Shown here: positions 1 to 11,973 of the stretch, one piece after another
How the letters are laid out: every line of letters begins with the position of its first letter
Position numbering within the stretch: position 1 is the stretch's first letter
Assembly: GCA_051362555.1 (NCBI GenBank)
Contig: CM120647.1
Span: forward strand, 13,678,651-13,742,650
DNA length: 64,000 bases
Reading direction: 5' to 3'
From: Lingula anatina
Lineage: Eukaryota; Animalia; Brachiopoda
The notes under the pieces: generated by a model
Databases searched by the model: none
Seen by the model: only the letters and a program-made list of their open reading frames with translations
What the model was told of the DNA's origin: nothing
Translations under genes and position numbers: made by a program

Positions 1-662
1 AGGGTTTCGTTAGCCACATCTACTTTGTCACCTGCGCCTCCCCGTCTGCCGCCTATACTTTTACTGGAACTGGAACTGTTTCTGGTAGATGGTGACAGAA
101 GAGGGGGACTGGAGTCGTCAAGTCCCGGGGTTTGCTTAGAGAAATCGGACGGGTTAGTGGTCCTGGCATTAGAATCCCCCAAGTCAAAAGTGGGAGGAAT
201 TTGTGCGCTCGGCCCCGGAGCTTCAGTGTCTATAAAACCACGATTATCGAAACTGCTTGTAGCAGTGTGTTCATTTGGTAACTGCTTCACCCCCTTCCGA
301 TCAACGCCCGACAAACTGGCGTTCTCAGCGTCATTCCCCTGACTGTCCTGTTGACCTCGCAATGGATCTTCTGCCAGCCCGATTTCCCCTAATTCCACTG
401 CCTCGTCATTTTTCTGTGTTTTTCTATTTGGGAGTTTTCTTTTTAACCATTTTTTTAATCGGGTGACTTTCTCTCCATCCGGGACGTCCTTGCTGGGGAT
501 GTTGGATGAAGTCGATGATTTCTCACTACTGTCGCTGTCGTCCTCTGTTTCTGAGATATGTTGTAAAATGTCCGCATCGTCGTGCGAAGAAAAATCGTTT
601 CCCAAGAGAACCACGTCTAAATTCCGTGCAAAGTCACTGCCGAGAGGCCTTTTATTCGCCAT
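1..662 (-). CDS. TRPC-like channel paralog A, first coding exon (partial; gene continues beyond the left edge)
   Basis: ATG at 662 follows a tttcag acceptor (exon starts at 672). Open frame [31 protein letters not shown]...KKWLKRK...[12 protein letters not shown] is clearly homologous to the first coding exon of the TRPC-like gene at 19751. Confidence 0.85.
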   Translation of the reverse strand, partial: MANKRPLGSDFARNLDVVLLGNDFSSHDDADILQHISETEDDSDSSEKSSTSSNIPSKDVPDGEKVTRLKKWLKRKLPNRKTQKNDEAVELGEIGLAEDPLRGQQDSQGNDAENASLSGVDRKGVKQLPNEHTATSSFDNRGFIDTEAPGPSAQIPPTFDLGDSNARTTNPSDFSKQTPGLDDSSPPLLSPSTRNSSSSSKSIGGRRGGAGDKVDVANET

Positions 663-1379
663 CTGGAATTATCTGAAAAAAAAGTTTTTTTTTCTGAAGT
701 TATATCAAGTGTAACGTGACCGCATCAGTTTGTCTCTCAGAATGAAACAGTGAAGTATGATGCTAAGCAAGACACAGTTTAGAAACTTTGACACTGTAAG
801 AGAGAGAAAAAAATAATTATCTGCTTTCGGAAGTAATGTAATGAAACAAAAATTTTAACAATAATAATAAGACTACAATTTGACAGTAAAGCGTATATGT
901 CAATCATATTGAAATTTTACTTTAACTTAAAATGGCAAAATAAGTAATGAGAATACTTTTTATAAGCTTAATCTGAACTTGTATAAATTCAAAAATGAGA
1001 TTATCAAGGAAAATAGTAAATATCATACTCAAATTATGAACTTAATTGCATATGATTTAGGTGGAGATGTGGAAAATCTTATCGGACACATATACTACAA
1101 GTAGAAAAAGTTGTTTCTCAGCATCAAATTGATATAGTAAGAATTGATTATGAACACCCTAAAAGATCAGCTGAAAATACTTAAATGGAAACTCTGGAAT
1201 CTTCAGATATTGTCACCCTTTTAACATCTGGTAATCTGTTTGAAGCATATCAACAGCATTCTGATACCAATCAGATTGAATCAGATCTAGAAAGTCACTC
1301 TGATATTGAGTAAGATCTTAACATGACGGTCCTCTCAAGTGATTCCATATCAAATGGTGAGAGTAAGACAGCAACACCA

Positions 1380-2560
1380 TCTATCTGAAAGAGTTTTCGT
1401 GAATGGGCAGTAAAAATTCAAATTCCACAAATAGCTACCGGGGTATGGAAGCCAATTTTGAGACCAGTTATGCCAGAATAACCAAAAGATTATCGCATCG
1501 TAACGAAAACACAGCAGTACTATGATGTGTTTTATCAATATGTTTTAACTATGTGTTTAAAATATATATATGGAGATGGTAACATCTATTTTGGAATATT
1601 CAAGGGAGTTCAAAGCTTCAGAATTATTTTCAGTTTGGATTACAAATCCACGTGGATGGACTGTCTTTATATAAAAGCACAGGCCATCAGCCTTGACCAA
1701 TTCTACGAAGTGTGCGAAGTTTCAGATACGTCATAGACGAATATAACGCATTACATCACAATGGGCTTGAATTGGACGGAAAACTTCAGTCAGTGATTTG
1801 TGATGCACCTGCTCATGTTTTCGTGAAAAAATGTGAAAACTTACACTGGCAATCATGGCTGTGACAAATGTAAATAACCAGGAAGGTAGTTAGCTAATAA
1901 GATTGGACATTCAGAATTAAATTCTACTTTCCGGACAGATTATTATTTTAGAAATCAAACAGACATAAAACACCACAAAGTTCTTCACAACTATTGGATG
2001 CACAGGCTGAAACGGTGAACCATTTTCCTCTAGATTATATGCACTTGGTTTGCCTTGGGTTCCCCCAAAAAAATGAAAAAAAGGCTCAGTAGAATTCCGT
2101 ATTGGACCAAGGGCAGGGACTGAAACACATGTATCTTTAGCATTGTCAAATGAAGGTGAATTTGAAAAACAAACAAACAAACAAAAAAAAATGTCAGAAA
2201 TTGATATGTGGAAAGCTACAGAATTCAGGCAATTTCTTTTAAATACAGACTCGGACTTTCTCAAAAATATTATCCTTGTCAATTTGTATAAATTTTTTCT
2301 GCTGTTATCCATTGGTATGCATTTCCTTTTAAGTGAAACGCTGAATGCTACTAACGATAACTATGCAAAAGAACTACTTGAAATATTTGTGAAACATTAC
2401 TGTGGAATTTATGGCTGCAAACGAGCAGTTTACAGTGTGCTGGGCATGGCCTTATTCACCTCTCACTCGACGCTCTAAATTATGGTAGTCTGGAAAACGT
2501 GAGTTTTTCCATATGGAAACTTTCTCTATCAGACTAGTAAGAAAATTAAAATTTTCGCTC
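1380..2560 (+). mobile_element. Degenerate EnSpm/CACTA(CMC)-like DNA transposase relic in the presumed 5' intron of paralog A
   Basis: Frameshifted motifs ICDAPA..K...GCDKC (~1796-1870), DYMHLVCLG (~2033) and WKATEFRQFLL (ORF 2143-2478). Element boundaries were not determined. Confidence 0.65.
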
Positions 2561-4618
2561 CGACATATGAAGTAATGAAAATACTATCAGAAACAAGACA
2601 GCAAAGCTGTCAAATGTACAGACAACAAGAAAGAAAAATAATTCGATCAAGCTGAAAATAAAAGTGTTAACTACTTACTGTTATTCATCATTGCCAGTAA
2701 GAAAAACACTTAGCCCTTACACTATGCCTCAATTAATTACCATCAACCTTTTGATGTACCTTCGTCCACAGATCAGGGCCCACTCAAAGTATTTTATACC
2801 TAATAGGTGTATTAGAAGGATATTTCGTTATTTCTTGTTGTACTATCCATATGTCAAGGCCCACTCAAAGTGTATTTATGGCTGACAGGCATGCCTAACT
2901 GACCTCCGATAGGTATTTGAGTTTATTTAAAATGAGTTTATTTCCATTTGCAACACCTTATTACACAAAACACAAGCACAGATTTACAATTTATTGTAAT
3001 CAACTAACAAGACTGTTAAGATGCTGAACATGGCAAAATGGCACTTAAACATATCTAAATAATTCAATACTGAGATTGTTATCATGCCTAAATGAATCAG
3101 AAAAAAAAAACACTTTAAAAAAAAAACAGCATAATTTTTTGGAAAATTGGATCTTTCAAGCTGATTTTCGAACTTTATCTGTAATCCATGAATATTTATC
3201 AGTTCTGTAAGATTGAAGGCAAAAGGTAAAGCAGTTTTAAAAACAGCATCACTTTTTGAAAATGGTCCGATCAGGTTGGTTTTCGAACTTGACCTGTATT
3301 TCATAAATACTCATTAGTTCTGTAAGTTTGAAGACAAAATAAAAACCCAATTTTTATTTTATTTGTATAACGGAGGATCGGATGGGCTAAAAAAGCAAAA
3401 TAGCATAACTTTTGAAAAAAAAAACAAAAAAAAAAAAACGGTCCATGACACACGTATTTCGCAAAAATAACTACAAGGTATGTGACTTAGTGTACCTGGC
3501 TGAGTCCAAAGCTAAAACGTTATAAATGAAAATCACCTTTTGTTATTGTCAAAAAAAAAAAAAAAAAAAAAAAAAAATGCTGCTTTCAGTGAAAGGCAAA
3601 ACGCAGTGTAAGTGAAGGTACCAAGGCCGGCTTAAGCCATTTTAAATGACCATGCAAGTTCCAGCTTGGGTGTCCAATTTGCAGAAATGTGTACGCAGTC
3701 CCCTGGGAAGTAAAGGAAGTGTCAGTAAAACAGGAAGAAGTTGGGTGGCCAACCCAAACAAGTGCACATATCCAAGGACCAAACCTGACAAAAATACATG
3801 TATGAATAAAGAGGGTAGACCTCACAGGGATATAAGACTTCCCAAGAGATGTGTTGATTGACCGTAATAGACTATGCTCTGAACTTTAAAGTGGCCATTA
3901 TTATTAATCATGCAGGCTATGAACTTTAAAGTGAACAGTATTGTTAATCAGGTCAAATAAGTTTAGAGTGATTATCATGATTAATTCAGTTTTGAACTTC
4001 AGTGTAATATTACTATTTATCAAAGTGACAATGAACTATTGAATGAACCTTATGAATGAACTTAACAGTGACCATGAATTGACTGAATTTCAACTGCTGA
4101 TTACTTTAAGAATATTTTCAGTGTTAAATGGTTTTACGTGTAAATGTCTAATGAGCCAGATTCCAGGAGGAATCAGTAAACTTAGAGGCGTGGTGTGTAA
4201 CGATTATGCATAGTCTTATTTCAGGGTCAAATAACTGTAGTAAGTTATAGCCTTATGTTTACTCAGCAAGTCTGGTGTTGAACTTTGAACATTAAATTCG
4301 AATGGCTTGTGTCAGTTTACTAAACAGGGGCTTGTTGTGTCTAGAGGAGGGGTTGGCGGTCAACCGTTCACTTTTCCCTGCTTGCCAGTCAAGTTTGCAG
4401 TGTAGACAGTTAAAACTCCAGGCAGTAGACAGCGAAATAGCTGGTGCCAGATACATGTACATGTCACTTGTCAAGTGTTCGTAGACAATAAAAGAAGAAA
4501 ACCACCTGAAGTGTTGTGCGGTTTTCACAGATCAGAGTAAGCCGCACAGGTGGCAGGGATTTAATCTACTTAAAGAAAATCTCGATAAGGTTTTTAAAAA
4601 AGAAAAAAAATAACATAA

Positions 4619-4657
<39 letters not shown>

Positions 4658-4724
4658 TTTGATTAGGGTAAAGACAGAATCTTACAATTTATTTTATGTA
4701 AAGTCAACCACATCGAACATCTAA

Positions 4725-5370
4725 GTCTATCTGATTGGCCTTAACATGTAATTACGCCAGGGGTTTTATTGTTCCAGGTCATTAATCCTCATTTAGTGCA
4801 GTCAAATGGTCGTGGGGGAAGGGGAAGGAGGGGCTTCTATCATTATACTGTCTTCATACACAGCACTAAACATGTACCACGTAGGCGGATATCTTGCGTG
4901 AGCAAGTGGGGAAAAAAGCCCCTTTATTAAGCAAGGCCTCGCTGTGTTTGAAACTTGTCAGAGACTTAAACAATGTAATCTGAAGATAATGCGGTTACAA
5001 TGACTTACCCTTGTGAACCTTGTCGTGTTTTAAGCGTGCACAAATCCCATGTCCCTTCGCAGCGCGTACGTTAAGACGTGTATTCCTGAAGCTGATGCCT
5101 GCATTCTCTGTGCGTCTTGTACCAACACGACACAATGTACGTGACCTATTTCGACATCAATAAGCGGTTAGCAAGTCCCTGTAACTGTGATACCTACTGG
5201 TGTTTCTCTCTCCCGTTCTCTCTCTCTCTCTCTTTATTTTTTTGTGAGTGTGTGTGTGCGTGTGCCTGTCTCTCGCCGTCTGCAGACTTAGTTAAGAGAC
5301 TCGAGTACACTGAATATAGAACCAATTTGTATTTCAGTCTCACCAGTTTAAACAATCATATAGGCTGGTC
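4725..5370 (-). promoter_or_regulatory. Conserved 5' block of TRP paralog A (putative non-coding first exon and promoter)
   Basis: Aligns by eye to 22715-23400 upstream of paralog B. Both carry a minus-strand gtaagt donor (5003-5008 and ~23003-23008). Confidence 0.55.
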
Positions 5371-5527
5371 CTGAAAAAGGCTTATAAAGTTACTTTCATT
5401 TCCTCGGCCAGCTATACTCGGTTTGACACTGGGTTATGATATAAAATACTAGTATATATGACGGTTCATTTCAGGGTGCGGTCGTCCTTCAAAACCAATG
5501 GGTCGTGAAATATAAAAGATAGAGCTA

Positions 5528-6915
5528 CACACACTGGACAAAAGAAGTGTCACCCCCTACCACAGAGTAATAAAAGTAGGCAGATCTTGGGTACTTATAA
5601 TGCCTGGTTTACTTATAATGTGACTAATGAGTATAAAATCGCTATACCATGGAATTGTATTGTTGGTCTTGTACATGTACAGCAAATGTTATTCCTGTCT
5701 TCCTCCAATATGGCAAGATACAGGCAATTATCTAACGGTTATAGGTGCAAGTTATTAACCTGAAGAGGCGGAATATAAGCAATGTCAGAATATCGATACA
5801 ATTGAATTGTTCAGTCAGAACCGTGCAGAGGGTCTGGTCTCGGTATAGAAACACTGGATCAAGAGACAAATTGCCTCTGATGGGTCGTCCAAGAAAAAAA
5901 TACTGGCCGTGAAGACCGACGACTGATTTTGATGCCCAGGTTGTCAAAGTTCGACACTGCTTGTCAGTTGACAACACAGTGGAACAATTTCACACATAAG
6001 TATGTGTCTTTGAAAATTGCTAGGCGTCGGTTACATGCTCTGAGAGTGTACAGCAGGGTAGCAAGACTGAAACCTCTTATATCGTTACAAAACAGGCAAC
6101 GTAGAGTAAACTAGGGTCAACAGGATCTGGAACTGGACAGTTCATGACAATTGGTCCTATATATTTTTTTCTGATGAGTGTCGCTTTGGTCTGACCTCTG
6201 ATGACAGACGGGTACAATGCTGAAAAACTGCTGGTAAAGCATTTGAACCACATGCACTGAATTTTCGAACCCGGAGCAGCATATTCATCATGGTGTGGGA
6301 CTGCATCAGCATCCATGGCTTGGGCGAATTGATAGTGGTTAATGGAAACATGAATCACTAGAAATATATCGATGTTTTGGAGTCAGGCTTGCTACCATCT
6401 ATTACTCACATGTTTGGTGCCAGAAATTATCCATTTGTTCACCAGGATGACAATGCTCCTTGTCACAGGCCCAGAGCAGTTGCTGATTGGTTTGACCAAC
6501 AGGACATTCGCAGGGTGATGTGGCCTGCCCAGAGTCCGGATGCAAACATAATAGAAAATGTGTGGAATGATATGTCAAAACTTTTCTCAAATGCCCGTCT
6601 AACCAGCAGAGAAACTCTGTTATATTCAGTGTTTCATGCTTGGGCCAGCATAAGCCCTGAACGCATCAGACAATTATATGAAACCTTGCTTCGTAGACTG
6701 GCACCTATTATTAGGTCACGTGGCTATGCCACTAAGTACTAATTTTGGACTTGAAACTGCATATTTTGGTAGAATGTATATTTTGTTCTCATTTTGTGAT
6801 TTTTTGTGAAATTTGATGTTAATAAAATGATACCAGGAGCATATCATTCCACAGTCATTTATCTCCTTCATAGTTTTGGCTCAGTAGGGGTGACACTTCT
6901 TTTGTCCAGTGTGTG
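5528..6915 (+). mobile_element. Tc1-family (DD34E) DNA transposon, full length but with a disrupted transposase
   Basis: TIRs cacacactggacaaaagaagtgtcacccc / ggggtgacacttcttttgtccagtgtgtg, flanked by TA (5526-27, 6916-17). Motifs FSDECRF, QDDNAPCH and SPDANIIENVW with 34 residues between D and E. Stops and frameshifts lie upstream. Confidence 0.93.
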
Positions 6916-9900
6916 TAGGCGCGTAAGTCGGCGAAATGTGCAGAAAATGGGCATTTTAGACTTGATGTCAACATTTAATTGGTTTAATGTAATTTTATAA
7001 GTGACTTGAATCCCAAAAATCCCCAAATCAACTAACAATATTACTTTTAATAAAATAAATTATTTTGAAGGTTAAGTAACAATATTTTCATATCATAATT
7101 GAAACATAATCTACTTTTCTATACTATTGCGGTAAATTTACTATATTGGTGGTCTTTGGGCGATCAATACTTTTTTCTGTTTATTAAAAGGATTTTTCTT
7201 ATTGCCATATGAAGTTACACTTATATTAGCCCAATAAATATCCTCGAGCTGCCCTTCAATAATCGCAAATAACAATTCTGGACCATCAAGCCACACTTTG
7301 CTGCCAAATCGTTTTTTTTTTTTTTTTTTTTTTTGCCTTTGGCTCATAGACTTTAAGCGAACAATTCATTTTATACAACCCCGTACATAAAGGTTCAGTT
7401 ATACATACGTGCGCCAATCAAAGTGAGTTATAGTAACTTATACAGTGAACTGTTTTACCTGCGTGACAGGAAGAGGATCAAATATGTACACCGGACTGTA
7501 CTTAAAACCGATAGAGACATCTACTGGTAGCAATATAAAGCAGTCTCAACTAACACAATACTCACAGATGTTCAAAAAACAAAATTACTCACATTATGTT
7601 AATTAACTTCAATTTTATGCGGTCGTGACGAGTGCGGCGGCGGGGGATGGGGTTTCAGTTACGTGACTCTCATACTTAACAACCAGACCATTCAGCTGCC
7701 AATCTTTCGATAATCCGGGGATCTGTCGCTTGATGGCCTGGAGGCCCTTTCAGTCCTTCTAAAATCTCGCGTAATCTTGCTCGCAGTTTCACATCATAGT
7801 GCAACATAGGTGTAGCTGAATATAAGCTAACTAACAAAATATTCGAATGAAGTTGGGCAACGAGAAGGCATTTTATGGAGTAAAGCCTCCCCAACGCGAA
7901 CCGGTAAGTCTGATTTTGGGCCATTTTCATAAATCTATAGTGATATACTAACCTTGCTCAATGTCTTTTCTTTTCACATATTGTAATTTGACAATTTACT
8001 CACTGGATGTAAATTTGCATTTTTAAATTTAAAAACCGCACTAGTGGGAAGTATCCCCCAAGCCCTTAGTTTCGTTACAACTATGGCAAAACAGAGAGTC
8101 CGAATGAGGAGATAAATTTCCCCTATTATTTCAGCTAGAAGAATGGTCAGAGAAAGTCAGGAAATATGACATAAAAAATAAAGCGGTTAATCCAGGCACT
8201 AAAAAAGGAAGTTGTGTGAGGAGGATAGGGTTGACTATCTACCAAAAGAAGTATATAGTTTTCATATTCATCTACTTGAAAAAGTATGTCTACCTACGGC
8301 TGGAGGACACTAATAATATGACAGATAAAGGGTTTTGTCAGTCATGTAGTAACAAGAAGATCCCTCCTAGAAAGTGCAGCAATTCATTGGACCTTCATCA
8401 CATAAAATATATTCTTTTTTTTTATTTCGAATGCTAGTATACCTACAGTTTAGTAGACCTATCACCATCTTGTATGATCACCATAATTTAAAATTTTCTA
8501 AGAAATATTGGGGTGAAATTAAAAATGCATTACTTTACATGGCGAGATGCAAAAAGTTTAATCTATCCACCCACGCGCATAAAATTCAATGCGGATATTT
8601 TATTATCGCAACCAGTCCAATGGCGCACGTTTTACTGGGAGTAATGTGACGTAGAATTAATAGGGGATGTCCGGGATAGCCTATTTTGAACATCTGCGCA
8701 GCAGATGACGTCAAACGAGACCTGGATTGGAGCGAGATTTCACGAGAGGTGGGGTTAAAATCTGCCATTGAAACTTCTCTCGCGGTCAGGCACAAGTCTA
8801 TGTTTTAGGATTGCATTGAGTAAAATTTGGCGTTGTCATGTAATTTGAGATAGAGCAACGCAATGGCGAATTGCTAATGTTGTGTCGTAGGGTGCATTGC
8901 AGATAAAGGTAAGCGAGAAAACCAGGAAAATGACTATGGATGATGGACACGACTGGCGAGAGAAGTGAAGTGAAGAAAGAGAAGTTGGGCTTGATTAGAT
9001 TAAAAGGACTAAATACCGAAATATTTAAAGTACAGATCAGGTCGCAGTATTTTGTAGAAAGAAAGGGACCAACTGCAGACAACTCGCACCCTGCACGTCA
9101 CTGGCTTCATGGCATCACCGTACAGACCGTATCATCAACGGTCGAGGGGCATTTTAATAAGTAAGTTTTGTGTGTAGTTTACAGGACACCATGGTTTATT
9201 AATGTAATACAGCCCTAGTACTTGTGATTAATAGTCTTTTACGGTAACTATATCAGACAAATTTGCTTGTACCATTCCTATCTCCATATAACGTGTACCT
9301 GATTATGAAATACTGGTGAACCTTCCACACCTATTAAGTATACACAATGTTCAGTTGTAATATTCCATGCCGGGTGGTCAGTTATGATAATTGCAATTTG
9401 CAAGTAAGGTGGAAATTAGAGTTGATATTTTACAACAACGTTTATCACATAATGATATATATTTCAGAAAACTAAGTGAGTTATTTTTTATTTATTTTAG
9501 AGAATGACAGACACAGCACATGTTATTGAACCAGGCAAGAACTGCGAGAGTTGTGTGGTCAGAATAATCAGATGTTGAAGATTGCTCAGTGTATATTAAT
9601 CTCTTATGTCCTTAGTTATTATGTTGTTTACTTAATTATATCAGGAGTCAACAGATGGCATTTTTTTCTGGGTGTCACTTACAGTATCAGGCATTTTCTT
9701 TATTACTTTAAAGTGAAATATTTGGTTTTATGAATATATATATATATATGTATATAGGCCTATGTATTGTACTGCACTAGTGATTTAATGAAGAAAATTA
9801 TTTTACTTGCTAGTATCATTCTTATGTTACTGTAGTGACTTTTTTAATAAATATATGACACCTGTTTTTCATATCATTTACTCAGATCACAAATACAAGT

Positions 9901-10939
9901 TCGCCTGTGATGTGTTTATTTGTTGCATTTGTGTATAACTGTCAATAAAATGCAATGATTTTGTGAAAATTTCAACTTATATGTTGTCCATTTTAATACT
10001 TTCTTTTGTCATCTTTCCTGTCACTTAAGTCGGATCTGATCACAATGAAACTTACATTTTGTGAATGCTATCCATTAGTTTCTATAGCATCATTTTCATA
10101 AGTAAATAAATGAAGAAAATTAACTTTATGATCAAACACGAGCCTTTTAAATTAGTTACTATAAATTTAGTGAAATTAAATCAAAGATGCAGGCAAGTCT
10201 AATGTTCTGATATGGCATCCATCCAATGTGTAAGTTCAGCTATTTTTCAAGTAAAGAAATCGCTGCTCTACTTCCTTGTGGACTCCATATTCTAACCCCA
10301 CCTCAAGGCAGATCTCGTAAAATCACGGGGAAACTTGATCTTCTCGTTGAGAACCCGGACAGCCTCTATTAGGGGACGACACTTAGTGAAGGCCTACTAG
10401 GAAGTGTAATTGGTGCATGGACGCAGTAGCTGACCCAGTATTATTCCCAAAATATTACACATTTTTTTTTACTTGATGCCTTTATTGTCTTTCAATTTTA
10501 TTCGGAATATTTACAAATATTTCATACTTAGGAATTATATTTTGCATAGTTTTCAAATGCATAATGATTTAAGATCAATGATAAACAACTTGCCCTTTAA
10601 AAATAAAACCCATGCCGGTAGAATAGTTACGAACCATTTTACATCAAAGCATAAATCACGTATATGTCATGTACAAAGTCAATACCCAGCGGTACAACAG
10701 GCAGAATTCATTCAGTTCAAGCTCCTGTGACAAGGAATTGTGGTCACTTGCAGATCAAACTGTAGTCCATTCACATAGTGAAGTATGACTGCGTTGGAGA
10801 GCTAATGAAAAGTTGCATGTCGCGTATCTAAGAACTAAACAGTGTAGGCATACAGGTTCAAAATATTATGTTCATTATGTAAAGTTTTCTTTGAAAACTC
10901 ATAAAAAATAGCTGAGCTATCAGTACAACTGCACTAAGA

Positions 10940-11145
10940 CGTACCGGACATTTCGACACAGAAAAAAAAAAAAAAAACATTTATCATTAAAATGGCGTTA
11001 TATATATGATGTGAACAATCAAAACGGGGACATCTCTATATAAGTATTATTTCCAAGGTAAACATACCTATATTCACTTCATATACATAACGCCATTATA
11101 ATGATTAATGTTTTCCAGTGTTTGACTTTCCGTCGAGATGTCTTT
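10940..11145. repeat. Imperfect palindrome, MITE-like, downstream of TRP paralog B
   Basis: catttatcattaaaatggcgttatatatatgatgtgaa (~10978) is inverted at ttcacttcatatacataacgccattataatgattaatg (~11073-11110). Confidence 0.45.
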
Positions 11146-11823
11146 ATGCGAAAACCATACATTTTCTAATGTTTTTACCTTGATTACGTTTGAACACTGA
11201 AAGTATTCAGGATACTGTTACCATTTGCCAAAAAGCTATTTACTACCCTACATTCTTCTGTATTAGCAAAAAATATTCAGTTATCAGTTACTGTATCATC
11301 TATATTATCTTATGGTGACGTCACAAGTGCAAATTCGGGGTAAATTGAAAGGAATCGGTTTCTCAAATATCCTCTTTACCTGCATGTGCACCCACAAACA
11401 CCGTTTCAACGCCCTTTTTTTCTTGAAAGCCTTAGTTCAGATTTTATTGTTGACAAAGCAAAAACAGTAATAGTGCCTTTGTTTAATGAAAATATGTAAT
11501 TATGAACTCATAACTTCATAACAAAAACATTTAAACAAAATGAAGCCTATTCTCTTGTGGACAACTTTGCCAATTCCCTTGATAAAGTCTCGTTCAGGGA
11601 TGAAGTTTTACGCACCATACCGATTGCTATCTCACCTCAAATTAGAAAGGTACGTGTTATATTGACGATAATATAAAGAGCAATTAAAATAAAGAATGCA
11701 GTGTCTTGTACGTAAACCAATCTGTATCATAATGTCCAAATAATATAAACGCACTTCTTAAAACCAATTATCTAAATGTAAGTACAATTTGCTAATTATC
11801 AAGACTGCAAAACCTAATGGCAG

Positions 11824-11973
11824 GTCTTCATCATCCCGCCGTTCCATTAGCTAATGTCTTCATCATCCCGCCGTTCCATTAGCTAATGTCTTCATCATCC
11901 CGCTGTTCCATTAGCTAATGTCTTCATCATCCCGTCGTTCCGATAGCTGTTTTCATCATCCTGCTGTTCCATT
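11824..11973. repeat. 32-bp tandem repeat (~5 units) overlapping the predicted TRP stop codon and 3'UTR
   Basis: Unit gtcttcatcatcccgccgttccattagctaat starts at 11824, 11856, 11888 and 11920, plus a diverged copy at ~11949. Confidence 0.9.

Noticed and set aside
25-714. Plus-strand ORFs 25-342, 275-466 and 463-714 (and 19424-19806)
   Set aside because: Antisense shadows of the TRP first coding exons.
792-3590. CACTG...CAGTG as termini of the EnSpm-like relic
   Set aside because: Only 5 bp match, with no convincing TIR or TSD, so boundaries were not claimed.
7676-10400. Short ORFs and a GC-richer patch (8590-9160) between the TRP paralogs
   Set aside because: No recognisable protein motif, consistent exon chain or terminal repeats that I could verify; possibly an unclassified repeat.
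11824-11973. 32-bp repeats as a CRISPR array
   Set aside because: The units are contiguous with no spacers, there are no cas genes, and the context is eukaryotic.
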